A stretch of 64,000 bases of DNA from the human T2T-CHM13v2.0 reference genome, Homo sapiens (GCF_009914755.1 NC_060933.1), one strand, 5' to 3'. Shown: positions 12,514 through 25,856, counted from the first letter of the stretch. The notes: generated from the sequence alone by a model not told the origin. Numbers and translations are program-made.

Positions 12514-14560
12514 GGAGCAAAGTTGAATCTGGGGGACACAGTCAGAAAAACAGTTGTATGACTTAAGTCAGCTCCAGGGTGCTAAACTGCTAAACTGCTG
12601 GTGAAAGCCTACTCTATTGTCACCGATTGTTTTTATGGAGCTACCCATACTTAGAAGCTGCTCTACCCTGGCTCTGCCAACCCTCATTGATTTTCAGCAG
12701 TTTCTGAAAATCAAGCCCAGTACAGGAGAAGCTCAACTTCTTACAAAAAACACAGAGTGTCGGAAAAGTTCATACTCAAGGTGACTGGATGACTTGAGCA
12801 TTGAGGATTAAAGTATGACCCGGTCTGTTTAATCACTGAACACTAGGTATTCCACAGTACAGAAACATTCAGAATAATGGTTCTCTTGCTTTTCAGCAGT
12901 GTGCCACCAGATTTCAGGCTTAGTGTAAAACTGATTCCTGGTAAAACACGGACATATTCTGTTCAGGTGATGTCCGTCAGGTGGAGGCAAGCTGAACCAG
13001 CCATGCATGAGGGTGGAGGGGGGTCTCCTGCATGTGAGGATGTGTAAGAGGTGAGGCTGAAGGAGAAGCTGGTGCCTAGGGTACAGGGTGTTCACTGGGA
13101 CATGAGATACCCCTCCTCAGGAAAGTAGAACAGTGTGTGACCCAGGCAGTCAACGAGTCTATTCCAAGGCAACTCAGCACTGTAGGGCAGGCAAGTGAAT
13201 AGTCAAATGTCTGTGGATATAACTTAACTCCAACACACGTGCCACCAAAAATTCAGGTTCAAAGAGCACAGACAGCAAAAGAGAGAGAACCAGAGATTCA
13301 GTAAAATACATTCCTGAGGAAGAAAGTCATGCATCAAGAAAGTCGTGCCACATATACATTATTGGCATAGGCGCCCATACATTAATTCAACTGCCATCTT
13401 TGTGCTGGAAGGCATATCAGAAATCATCTAGTTCCATGCATTCATGTTTCCATACATTGATCTTATATACATGGACTATGCCAAAATAAGATGTAATCCC
13501 TGACTTCAATGCACTCTCACTTAAGATGATATTGTATATTCTATGTCACAGAATTACAGATTCTCTCATTGAAAAGGGCTAAAATATTCACCACATCCAA
13601 TTCCCCACATCTGATAAAAGAACTCCAACCAAAACATTCTCATCAAGTGGTTCTTCAACACTTGTAACTCAAGCACATCCAGTGACCAGAAACTTACTAC
13701 CTCCTAAGGCAGCCCACCCTACCTTTGAAACTGTGGCTATAAATTACTAAATTACTCTTGGAAATTTCTCATGCTTTGTTTTTGGTTAATTATCTGTCAT
13801 TAGCTAACCCTGGATACTAGCTATCTATTTTTAAACTCTTCTCTGCAAGATATTACATGTGCATATGTAACTGCACACACTTAAACACAGAATCAGCTAC
13901 TATAGTACTTCCCAAATTAATAGGATTAATCAGAAATAGATTGCACTTTTGTGTGTTCACACACACACACAAGCACACACATGCACATATATTGTCACTC
14001 CAGTGCTTAAATTGTCATCAAGAATGGTTTATTTATTCAACCATTCACTGCTCTTTTCTTTGGAAATTATTAACAGACCTGAAAAAGATTTAAAAAAAAA
14101 AAAAAAAAAAAAAGCTCACCAACTTGCCTTGAGGCAGAAAAAAAAAGAGTGCAATTTATCATTTTGCTGAAATAAGTAAACCTTGATGAGGTGAGCACCC
14201 ATCAATTTCATAAATAAGTCAATAATGGGAACGTCAGCATCGGAACCACCCATTCGCTGTCTGGATATCACACAGGTAAACAAAGCCAGTTCACAGACTC
14301 TCACCTCAGTGTATATCCAAATCATTTTTACAAGTTAGACTGTGAAAATAATGATTACAAGTCTCATTGTCATTTTTTAAATATTAAATACTTTTTTTCC
14401 TACCATATTTCCTTGTTGCACACACTCTAAGACATATCATGATAATATCACCTTTTGGTGGAAACTGATACATCTAATGCACATGTCAACTCTAAGATGT
14501 CTCAATTTCAGAAATGGTGAAGACTGGGTGGGGAGCATCCATTAGAATTACAGAAATGCT

Positions 14561-14885
14561 TTGTTTTTTGTTTTTGTTTTTATTTTTGTTTTTGTTTTTG
14601 TTTTGAAATGGAGTCTCACTCTGTGGCCCAGACTGGAGTGCAATGGCGTGATCTCGGCTCACTGCAACCTCTGCCTCCGGGTTCAAGTGATTCTCCTGCC
14701 TCAGCCTCCTGAGGAGCTGGGATTACAAGCGCCGGTCACCACGCCTGGCTAATTTTTGTATTTTTAGTAGAGACGAGGTTTCACCATGTTGGCCAGGCTG
14801 GTCTCGAACTCCTGACCTCAAGTGATCCACCTGTATCGGCCTCCCAAAGTGCTGGGATTACAGGCGTGGGCCACCACACCCGGCC
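14561..14885 (-). mobile_element. AluS (Sx/Sz-like), full length
   Basis: Complete dimeric Alu, reverse strand, with (TTTTTG)n-type tail; TSD CAGAAATGCTTT (14551) / CGGAAATGCATT (14886). Confidence 0.95.
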
Positions 14886-15759
14886 CGGAAATGCATTGTT
14901 TACTTGCCTGAGCATCACGGAAATAACATGTAAGGGGTTTATTCAACTGAACCACTGCAAAGAGGGATGTGCTTGGGTTTGTTAGGTATGTCTGTGTCCT
15001 GTAACTTAACCCATCCCCTCCAGCTGTGGTCTGGGTTCCCCGTTTTCAGGAAGGCTGTACTTTTACCTCTGTTAGCATCTTTTCCTGGACACATTTACTT
15101 CTTCAGCTTTGATGTTTGGCAGTGGTGCTGAGTTTTTTTCTAGCCAACTGAAAAAACGGGGGCCAGCTCTAATCTGAAGGCATCCAGTTTGTTTTATTTT
15201 TAAGCTCCAAGGCTGGTACATCCAAAAACCAGTTGCATCAAGAGAAAGCCAGTCTATAAATTATGGACATAAATAGTATTGTGGAAGATTGACCTTCACA
15301 CAGACAGATAAATAAGTGATAACTGTGAGACAAACAAGAACATGTAGATAAATAAGTGATAATCTCAAGAAAACTTTTCTTCTTTCTAAATTAGCAACCC
15401 CAAAACTTGGGAGTTCTTCCTTTCTTTCACCAGAGAGCTGTGCGTAATTCCTCCATAGACCATCATGTACCCCAGCTGCTGGTCCCTAACGAAACTGAGG
15501 CCACCATGTCACATTCACCAAGCTGCTTTTATGCACATTGGCACAGTTTGTGGAGAGTAATGAGCACACTTTTTCTCTTTTCGGAAAAGCCGTCATGGGC
15601 TAAGCCTGGGGATGGGGAGAGGCACTAGGGATTGGGGAGGGGTCCCTTTTCCCCGGAATAAGCTTTGCAAGACCTTAGCTTAAACCCTGGGAAGAAATTA
15701 AGGGCAGGTCAGAAGCTCTTCGGGTCACTGTTTGCCCATTCACTGGCAGTCCCTTCCTC

Positions 15760-16450
15760 AGCTTTGTTCAGCTAATTAATCCCCCCAGACGCTTACATTC
15801 ACCACATGCAAATTATCACAGAAGGGCGCTTTTTTTTTCCCCCTGCTATTTTTTCCAAACATTCACTTGAATTATACTCTTCTGACATCAGCTTCCAGCC
15901 CCACTGAGGGGTTTCCAACAGCCTAATAACAAACAGATTAGAGGCCAGAGGAGTGTGTACTCCTCGAGTCCCCCTCTGGGTCCAGCTGCGAGCTGCAAGA
16001 CTGCGCCGCGATTACCGGCAAACGTAGCCCAGGCCGCGGCTCCAACTCTGATGTTCAAATGGAAACTCGGTGTGAAGGCCTCTGGGGGATTCGAGAACAC
16101 TAACTTTGTTGCCCATCAGAAATGGATAATATTCCCTGTTCTGTTCCTGCTGGGATCAGTTCCAAGTTGGAAAGCGGCCTCTTCTCCTAATTCAAGCTGG
16201 GGCCAGAGTGGAGCAAGCCTTCTCAGATATTATAAGCCAGTGTGAGCTCAAAAAGGAATTCAACGCTCAAGGCCAAATAGCTTCAAAGCTAATAATCCTC
16301 CAGAGTCGGCGCGAGAGTGCTACAACTGTCAGTGTCAACTCACACCATGCGCGGTGAGAGCGCAACTTCAATAATGACATCATGGAGGAGAGGGCAGAGG
16401 GCAGCCGCTGCACAGGGAAGTGCCCGGGCCCTTCAGATCTTTGAAACCTG
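15760..16450. promoter_or_regulatory. Putative developmental enhancer with local CpG retention
   Basis: No recognisable repeat; SOX-like CTTTGTT (15762), TAATTAAT/TAATCC (15773-15782), octamer ATGCAAAT (15806), TCF/LEF TTCAAAG (16282) and CTTTGAA (16439), TGTCA x2 (16327, 16333); about 11 CpG in 15961-16100. Confidence 0.45.
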
Positions 16451-17377
16451 CAAGGATTTATCTGGACTAACATGTCTCCATGTAGTCATCGCAGTTTTAG
16501 GCTACTCTGATTAAGGATTTAGTGTATTCAAAGGGTTTCGGCGGTGCAAGATGACACGTTTTCAGGAGCTCTATTGGATTCCATTATCTTCTCCTCTCTT
16601 CTCCGAATGTATCTCCTCCCCAGCTGGGGCCCCTCTTCCCTGTCATGTCCCCTACCAGGCTTCCAGACAGGCCTCCTCACACAAGCTGCTGGCTCAGCCT
16701 GGGGTCCCTACCGCCCCCCAGCGCCTCCCCCCTCTTGTTCATGCCTGGGTTTGATTGTCAAACAGGCTCGGCCGCACTTATGCACTTGAGTGTCAGGATG
16801 CAGACCCCAGCAGACTTGAACAAATTCCTCCAGGACTCCCCTGGGCCCTGCATAACCTCTTTTTAGCCAGCTCAGCGGTGGAAGGAACACAGGTTCCTGT
16901 TAGAAGACACCCAGAGATATACACAGTCACGGTCACAGTTCAAAAGAATAAACTTCACAGAATCCTAGGGGAGGGAAGAGAGGGAGAACGTACAGCTCGG
17001 GGCAGGAGTAGAAGGTCAGGGAGGAATTTTCCCCCCACCCGGAAAGCCCATGAGGACAAGGCAATTCAACTTTGCAGTTGGTTGCAGTCCATGAATGATG
17101 CTAACAAGAACTCGTCACACAGTGTAAGTCTATCTGCCAGGCACTGCGGTGACTGCAGGGAAGCCTGAGCTACAGAGGGCTCCTCCGGGACGGGGAAGCT
17201 GCCCTGAAGACGCTGGCAGCAGAGCAACGATGTGTGCTCCGCCGCAGCAGGCATGCCTTGTGCCCTCCCACGGCAGAAGGAGGGGTCGGCCTGGCCCACG
17301 GTAGGAAGCCCTGGAGTGCAGTGACAAGAACACAGCAACCTAATCCAACATACTTGAACGTCAGTGCTGGTCTGACC

Positions 17378-17550
17378 AGCTGTGTGCTCTTGACAAGAGC
17401 TTTCACCTCTCTGAACCGCCATCCTTTTCTAAAAAACGGAGACAATGCCTCATAGGGTCAGCGTTATGTGAAGATAACATAAAACAATGCAGGTAAATTA
17501 CAGAGCCCAGTATCTGGCCCCAGTATGTGTTCAATAAACGTTCGCTGTTA
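17378..17550 (+). mobile_element. MIR
   Basis: GCTGTGTGCTCTTGACAAG...CACCTCTCTGAACC core and TCAATAAACGTT tail. Confidence 0.65.
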
Positions 17551-17874
17551 TTATCATCACTATCATTGTAATTCAAACGGCAGTTTTTACCTACTCCTGA
17601 AGCAGTTAAAAATATTGGAACTTGAAAGACACATAAAAACACTTTAGAGGGAAGAAATATAAACTTCTGTGGGTTCAAACATGCAGAGCTCCCCATAATG
17701 GTTAATGTAAATGCACTTCCGGATTGAACACTGCAAGTGTGGTCTACAGGCACAACTCTGGAATGTTGTTGATGGGGTTCCACTCAGGAATAACCACAAA
17801 AAGCCTGGGACATATTATTGAATTAATCAATATCTGTCCTGGTCCCAACCCTAGTTCTCCTTTGTTTCAAACTT

Positions 17875-19010
17875 TGGTTTCATATCAAACTCATTAAAGT
17901 GTAATTTACACACAATAAAGTGCGCACATTTTAGGTACGCAGTTTTGATGAGTTTTGGCCAATACGCTCACCCATCTAGCCACCAGGGCAATCAATCTAA
18001 TGAACATTACCTGCATACCAAAAAAGTTCCCTTGTAGACCTTCCCAGGCAATACTTGCCCCACCCTCCGCCCTAGGCAACCATTGTTCTGCTTTCTGTCA
18101 CTATAGATTAGATTTGCCTGTTCTTGGTCTTCAAGTAAATGGAATCAAACAGTGTGATTTCTTCTGTGTCTGGCTTCTTTTGCTCAGCATAATGTTACTA
18201 AGATTCATTACTGGTTGCGAGCATTGGGCTTTATTCTTTTTCAGTTGCTGAGTGGCATTTCATTGTATGGATATACCACATGATGTTTATCCATTCACCT
18301 ATTGATGAACATTTAGATTGTTTCCATGTGGGGATTATTATAAATAAAGCTTCTATAAACATGCATTTCATGTGTTTTCATTTCTCTTGGGTAAATATGT
18401 AAAAGTGCAATTTCTACAATTTTAAAAGAAACTGCCAAGTAATTCTCCGAGGTGGCCGTACTACATCTCACACACACACACACACACACACATATCCCGC
18501 TGGGATGTGGCTCCACATCCTGGCCAAGAGAAGTGTGGTGCCAAGGGAGGGGGCTGTGGGAGAGGTCTGCCCTAGCTGGGGAGGAATATCTTATCACTGA
18601 CATTGTTTAGAATTGCAGTTGCATGGTGATAATAAAAAGCAGATTGTCTTTGCGGTTTTACTATTGTTTGAAAATTCTCTACAGAAAACGCACCCCCTTA
18701 TTCAGCCTGCTTGCCCCACCCTGGGCACACCACTGCTCACCCACGGTTGGTCGACAGCCTTAGACATTAGCTACCTTAGTGTCTGCACGGTGCTATTTTA
18801 CTGTGGCTTGAATTTGCCTTTCCCTGGCAACTGATGAAGTTGGACTTATTGGCCACTTGCATGTCTTATTCTGTGATGTGTCCACTCAAATCTTTCACCT
18901 ATTTCTAATTGGGCTATTTGTCTTCTTCTTTTTGTGTTGTAAGAGTTCTGTATGTATCCTGGATATGAGTGCTTCATCAGGTGTGTGTGTCACAAGGATT
19001 GTCTCTCTTC
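17875..19010 (-). mobile_element. Old LINE-1 (L1ME-like) 3' region, fragmented
   Basis: CCTAGGCAACCATTGTTCTGCTTTCTGTCACTATAGATTAG...TGTGTCTGGCTTCTTTTGCTCAGCATAATG...ATCCATTCACCTATTGATGAACATTT; interrupted around 18470-18750. Confidence 0.8.
18468..18492. repeat. (CA)n microsatellite
   Basis: About 12 CA units. Confidence 0.9.
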
Positions 19011-19734
19011 CCAGTACATAGCTCTTGACACATTCTGCCCCTAGCATCCTGCTCATCCAACCTTATGGACCTGAATGGACCCTGGAGTTTTGACTCAACT
19101 ACAACAGTTCACTAAATATGTTTGATTGCAGCTTCATGAGCTGCAGGAGTCATGGGTTCCATGATGCCCCTCATTGAAGGAGGCACTGTTCTTTGTTCTT
19201 CCTTCAGTGGTTCTTGTTGCCACTGTTATTGCCCCATTTCTAGGCTCCATTTTGAAGCAGGAAGCTCTGTCCCCTGGTCCACATGCCGCCAGGAATACTT
19301 CCCCAACTTCCAGTCCTTCTCACCACAACCGCATGCCACCTGAGCACCTCGGACTGGCTTTCCCAGGGTTTCGCTGCTGAACGTTCCACTCTGGCCCTTC
19401 ACCTTACGTCATAGGAAAGGGCCAGAGCTGGGCTTTATCCTTTTTGAGCACATTCCACCGGTTTTTCTATTTCACAGCTCCCACCCCATGGATTTACTTG
19501 TCTACTTCTTCATGTCTGTCCATGAAACCTGGAACCTGGGTTGGGCCATTTGGAAGCCACCATACCCCTTCCCCATGGATCCATCAGGGGCTGGTCTTTC
19601 CAAAGATCCAAGGACTTCAGCACCTTCTAACACAAGGCTGTGAGAGGCAGGGTACTGGTTTATAGGGATGCAGTTCAGCAATGGGCTACCAGCTGGCAAG
19701 AGAAGGGAGAGTGGATGGGAAGCAGGAGACACGA

Positions 19735-19882
19735 AGATCTGTTAAAATTGGCCCATGTCCCACCATAGGAAATACTAGTATCTAACTCCTGGGTAGATTG
19801 TGAGGATTAGAAGAGCTGTTATATAAAAGGCACTTAAGCATAGCATCTCGCACCGAATAATTGCTCAATAACTGTTAGCTAT
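19735..19882 (+). mobile_element. MIR 3' part
   Basis: TTGTGAGGATTAGA...AAGGCACTTAAGCATAG...TGCTCAATAACTGTTAGCTATTA. Confidence 0.65.
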
Positions 19883-20217
19883 TAGATCAGGGTCCCTTTT
19901 ATCTGATGCAACATGGACTGCTGTTGGTCAGCTAATGGAAAAAGTTGTTCAAAAAGACAAATCAGAGAAAATTATATGACACACCTTCAACATTTTAACT
20001 TAAAACATAAACATACATCCTTTCACAGTCCTTAGATCTAGTCACGACACCTTTCCTTTGAGTACGGGTCCATGGATGGGCGTGTCCAGCTGTCTTTCCT
20101 GAGCAAACCATCCCTGGCATTTCCAGCTTCCATTTCCTTAAAGTGATACAAAAATGTACACTTGCTAAGTAATCTGAATGAAGAATCATTTTTGATGTCT
20201 TCCTTTTTCCCCAATCC

Positions 20218-20287
20218 TTTTTAGATTTGTTTTTAATTGACAAATAATAATGTGTATATTTATGGGGTACAGTGTGATGTTTTGATC
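20218..20287 (-). mobile_element. L1MA-like 3' terminal fragment
   Basis: TTTTTAATTGACAAATAATAATGTGTATATTTATGGGGTACAGTGTGATGTTTTGAT. Confidence 0.65.
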
Positions 20288-21216
20288 CTAATGTGAAGGC
20301 ATGCCTACTAAGACCTGTGGATCTTTGTTCCTATTGCAAAAATAAGCCTATTGCAATAAGTAATTTAACAAAATGTTCATAAACAGATGATATAATGAGA
20401 ACAAAGAGGAAATTTTACTCTTATGAAAACTAAGTTAGTGTGAGAAGATCAAATGACCATGAGTTGCTAGAAAGTGTTGCTTTGTTATGTATAAATCTCT
20501 CTGTAATGTATACATTACATACATTACATACATATATATGGAACTTGCATGCTATTTGTTGTTGAACTTTGCCCTGACCTGTAGGATTACTTCTCACACC
20601 TCTGGAAAAATCAGCAGGATGACCCTTGGGAGTTAGAAGACCTGAGTTCTAGTCCTGGTTCTGTCACTCACACATCTGGTGACCTTGGCAGACCCTCATC
20701 CCTTTCCCTAGAAGGAAAGCCTGATGCTTTAGTTAGTGAGAAATCTGCCCACATCACTCTTGAGGACCTAATGAGATGGTGTGAGCAAAGCCCTGTCCAC
20801 TTTAGGACGGGCTTCAGTCCAAGCAGCTTCTCTTGTCATGTTACCAGTTCCCAAAACCCAGATGCCAAAGGTCGGGCCATGTCACATTTGGGGGTTCTCA
20901 AATTCCAGGCCCCTGTCACTCAGGAGAAGAAAGGGCAAAGGCATGCTTCTACTGTCAGTTCCCTTCAGCATCTGGCCTGAGCCTTCCCTCTGCCCTTTCA
21001 CTGCTGCCAGGGCACTGTTTATCAGGCAGAGCCCTCCAACCCGAGCTCTGGGCACCTCCGGGGCAGCGCCTGCCAAACTAGACCATCCTCAGCCAGGTTA
21101 GTAGGTCTAGTCCCTGCAAACGCAGTTAGCCACAGCCGAATCTATGCTCATTCTCAATGTGCCTCTATTTGGAGGGTGGGAATGCTGCTTGGAATGTGAA
21201 GAAGAAACGCATGTTA

Positions 21217-21372
<156 letters not shown>

Positions 21373-21890
21373 CTATCTACCAAGCACCTTCAGAGCCTGT
21401 AGGGGTGATTCCAAACAGCAAGGGGCAGCAGACAAGACCTTATCCTCAGAGCAGGCCTTTGAGGTGAGCAGGAGTCAGCAGCCCTCAACTCAGTGTGCCT
21501 TCCGCACCCCCCGCCTCAGTGCTTCTGTGGCATGAGACTCCACACTTTCACAGCCATTTGTCCCTGGAAATGCAAAACCTCCAGGAAGGGGACACTTTAT
21601 GTCAGTCCTTTTCCCTGTGGAGTAAATGAGTGAGAGTCTTTCCGCAAAGCTAGTTTTTGTAGGGAGAGGGAGAGGAGAATTTGAGGACTTGAGGGGACAG
21701 AGAGGAAAAGGAGAGGAAGGGGGAAAGAACAAAAAGCAAGAGGTTCAGGAGAGGCCCTGAGGACTGAAATGGAAGAAAAGCCTGAAAGCTAGCCCTACAC
21801 CTCTGCAATGTTCTCCAGCGAGCACCTTCATTTTCTAGAAATAGCTCAAAGAAGCACGACATGAGAACCAAACCATCATTTTCTGTACAC

Positions 21891-21915
21891 GTGTGTGTGT
21901 GTGTGTGTGTGTGTG
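21891..21915. repeat. (GT)n microsatellite
   Basis: About 12 GT units. Confidence 0.9.
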
Positions 21916-24574
21916 CATGTTGCCACACAAACCCTAAAATGATTTGTTAATTGTTTTAAGTTTTTCATCCAGGATGAACATATTGGCATTCTGAGAATGT
22001 TTTCTCCCTATCTAAACCCAGCCCTGATTTTTCTCTCTCCATCTGGGTTCCTTTGGCAGAAACTTGTACGAAAAGAATGAAGGAGTGAAGGGTCATTCTG
22101 GGAAGGACGGATGGGATGCAGGCCAAGCCGGGAATCCTCCACCACAGTAATGCACCTCTGCCTTGGGGCCCCGCCACTGGCCACCCTGGGAAATGGACTG
22201 GTGAAGGAGTTTCAGAGCCCGGTGAGAGGACTGATCTGAAGATCTGTTTCTCACACGCTTGCTTTTACACCAGGTTCACAGCAGCTCCACATCAGGATTT
22301 TTTCAGTTTTGTTTCATTTTTTAAAAAAATCTCCAGCCTTGCTGTCCATACCACATGCTCTATGCAGGGGAGTCAGATGAGCTACTGGAAAATTTGGAGC
22401 TGGAATTTCAACCCTGGGGTCTGTTCCCTGGAGGGAAGCAGTGTCCCCATACATCTGGAGGCAGAGGGATAAATCCTACATGTTCACTTTTAACCACTGA
22501 GTGCCTGGGTGGGCCCTGAAGAGGTGGTCCCTGTGACTTCCAGACAGCTAACTCTGGTTGTTCCGCTCTGATGCAGCCCTTCTGGAAGGAAGTGTCTCCT
22601 ATAAGGGGCACAGCTTACTCTGAGCTGAGTTACATTATAGGGTCCTCCCTTGCAGGCAAGTGAAAGGCCCCTTGGGGAAGGAGAAGGAGTATGACAGTGG
22701 AATCCCAGTTCTTCCCCTTCTTGAGCGAGTCAATCTCTTTGAGCCTCGTGTTTAAGTGTATCATAGACTTTATGCCAGGATTGCAGGAGACCTGAGAACA
22801 GTTCCTGGCACAGGCGCCGAGGGTTGCAGCCACTCACGTTACCTGCTGTAGCTCCATGTCCTTGTCCCTGGTGAGTTCCCAGTGCCATCCAGTGAAAGGC
22901 ACAGAGCCGGCTGGGCGGGGAGAGCCTGGCAGATGGCCTTAGTGAAAGATTCAGAGCTATCAGTGTTCTGCTCCCCCATCCCCTTCCCTCAGCTGCCCCC
23001 CAGAGCCCTCCATGATGCAGGGGTAGCCCATGCAGCGGTTTTTATGACTCTAAGTGATTGCAGAGCAGCCCGGGGCTGCCCATCACTGCTGGAAAGGCCA
23101 AGTTGTGCTAATAGGAAGTGATGGTTGATCCCATTTACTTGGAAACATCCGGGAAAACAGGATTTAAAGGAAGCTCACATTCTTCTGGCCCTTCTCCTGG
23201 GAGCTGAGGCTCAGGGGTGAGAAATGGGGACCGAAATGCAGCAGGGACTTGTGATTTGGGGAGGAGGAGGGGTAGGGACGGTGGGACTGGCAGCTGGCAG
23301 CTGGCCCTGCGGGTACCAAGGATTATGCTATTTTTGCCAATCCTTTATTCAGACCAGGAAGGGGGAGAACAGGGAAAATATTGGGAAGGTTGAAAAGGGC
23401 CAGCCGGCAGAGTCTTCACAGAGGGGCAGAGACACAGGAGGAGCAGGCACGCAGGGTCTCGATGCAGTTATTCTGAGCATGCCTAAAGAGGGAGGGGGCG
23501 GTCAGCCTGCCTGGATTTTGGCAGTCTGAGGCCTGCCAAATGTTCCACAGCTTTGTCAACAGTTTAAGAAATACAAAATTAAACAGTGCCACCATCACTG
23601 TGCCAGCTCAAACTGATGACGGCATTGTTCCTTATTCTTTGTGACCCATGACTGCTCCTCTGGGGCAGTTGGGGATTTGGTATTATTGATCAGTCCCAGG
23701 AGGGGAGGACCGCTGGCTTTCCGTAGTATCCTTGTGCATCCAATGGACGAGGTCTCTGTCAACACAGCCCCCAGAGCCAAACCTCCCTGTAAGAGAGGTG
23801 TCACGCAGACTCAACTCTTTCTTCACACACTTCCCCCTTCCCAGATGAGCTGATGGGAATCACTTGGTTTCTCAAGAAGCAGCCCCTCAGGGGCTAGCTC
23901 CACAGCTCTTGCCCACTGACAAGTCAGACCAGGTGGACCCAAGAAGAAGGAAGGCCACCTCTGTTGGGGTATATTTTCCTGGAACCTCCTGTGCATGCAT
24001 CTGTCTTATTGACTAGGCTCTTCTCCTCAGGGCAGGGACAAACTCTCACTCCTAACACACCTCCTGGCACATTCTGTGTGTGCATTTTACTACAGACAAC
24101 TGGATACGAGTACCATCTCTGACCACAGGGATCACTTAGCCTAGCCAGGCAGAGCAAATATATTATCTGTTAAATTTTAGAACAAGCAGAGAGTAGGTAT
24201 CTGTGAATGTGATACACATCTGCAGTGTCAAGCTGTTACATATTAGAGCCAAAAGGGATGTCACAGGGACGGAATGGATTCAGAAAAGTCAAGTGACTTG
24301 CCCCATGCCTCACAATAGTTTTGCAGTAGAGACAGGGAAAGATTATCCAGGTTCCCTGCACCTCAGTGCAGTGATGCTCCTGCTCCATCCCCTGCTCCAT
24401 TACATGAAATAAAGAGCTAACAGGGAGGGCTGTGCAGAGTGATGGGAAGGTCTCCGAAACCAGAAAACTCTAGTTTTGAACCCTTCTCGTGGCTCTTTGG
24501 GACGGTGCAGCCTCATCCCTTAAATGGACACAGTGATGGACAGGCTGCACTGAACGAATACGCAGAGTGCCTAA

Positions 24575-24715
24575 ATTCTCTGAGCCTCGGTTTCTGCATC
24601 TGTTAAATGGGAACAATAGGGTCCCTCAGAGTCTTCCTGTGAGGAGGCCTCAGTGAGAGAAGACATGGGAAGCACCTAGCACAGCGTCCTGCATATAGTG
24701 GCTGCTCAACAAACA
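24575..24715 (+). mobile_element. MIR
   Basis: CTCTGAGCCTCGGTTTCTGCATCTGTTAAATGGG core; AAGCACCTAGCACAG...GCTCAACAAA tail. Confidence 0.7.
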
Positions 24716-25496
24716 GGATTGTTCACAAGACTGTCAATTAAAGAAAAAGCCCCATCTTGCAGAAAAGAAGGTTAAAAGCAGGTCTGAGAGGGAAGAGATG
24801 TCAGCGCCCTGAGGAGAAAGATCTTCAGGAGATGAAGAACGACCTTGAGGAGGGGCTCACCGGGGAGGTGAATGGCTGGCGTTTAGCTGAGCCAGGCATT
24901 CTCAGCCTGCTACCCGGGCCCCTGGCCTGGGAAGAGTGCCCTGCGTGTTGGCTGCCAGCACGCCGAGGCGCCGCATAATTACTTAGCAGTTTACTAGCGC
25001 TGCAGACATCCAGGGTGCACTTCAACCATCAATTAGCTGCCACTCACGGCCCCCCTGTGAGGCCCCGTGGTATCAGGACTCCCATTTTTCAGCCAAGGAA
25101 GCTAAGGTGTAAACAGGTTAAGCAACCAGCCCAAGGTCACACCTTGAGTCAGGTGGTCACCAGGCACGGAAGCGGCATCCTCGCTGTCTCCCCGGCCTGT
25201 CCTTAGCCCACTGGCCCATGCCGCTGCCCATAAAATCCACCGTTTATATCTCATCAGAAAGCCAAGGAGTGCACCCGGGACATTTGGAGCTGTTCAGAAA
25301 GGCCATTCAGCTGATTTCCAAGGCACCGTAGGGTTTTTAAAGAAATGTTTAACCCCTTGCTGTGAGAGGGTGATGGTGGGCGATGTGACCTCAGCAGTTT
25401 CTTCGCCGGGCTGCTGGTGCCGAGGGTGCTGCCTACTGCATCACACCTGGTTTTAGGGATCTGGGCCTGAGTTTGCTTTTTCTCTGCCTGCTCCAC

Positions 25497-25856
25497 ACCA
25501 GGGTTTGCAAGCTTGTGTTCCCCCAGATTCCTATGTTGAAACCTAACCCACGATGTGCTGGTGTTTGCAGGTGGGGTCTTTGGGAGGTGATCAGGCCATT
25601 ATCCTCGTCATTGGGATCAGTGCTCTTATCAAAGAGGCCCCAGAGAGCTCTCTCTCCCTTTCTACCAGGAGAGGACACAGTGAGCAGGCACTGTCTATAA
25701 ATCAGAAAGCAGGCCCTCACCAGACAATGAATCTGCCAGCACCTTGATCTTGGACTTCCCAGCCCCCAGAACTCTGAGCAATCCATTTCTTTTGTGGATA
25801 AGCCACCCCATCTATGGTGTTCTGTTACAGCAGCACAAAAGGTGTTCCAGTAGACA
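25497..25856 (+). mobile_element. MLT1A-type MaLR solo LTR
   Basis: CCCCAGATTCCTATGTTGAAACCTAACCC...GAGGCCCCAGAGAGCTC...GCACCTTGATCTTGGACTTCCCAGCC...TGTTACAGCAGC. Confidence 0.85.

Noticed and set aside
19127-19164. Adjacent short inverted repeats TGCAGCT..AGCTGCA and TCATGG..CCATGA
   Set aside because: 6-7 bp arms are expected by chance in 64 kb
20300-20560. AT-rich stretch resembling a DNA transposon fragment
   Set aside because: Could not assign a family or termini
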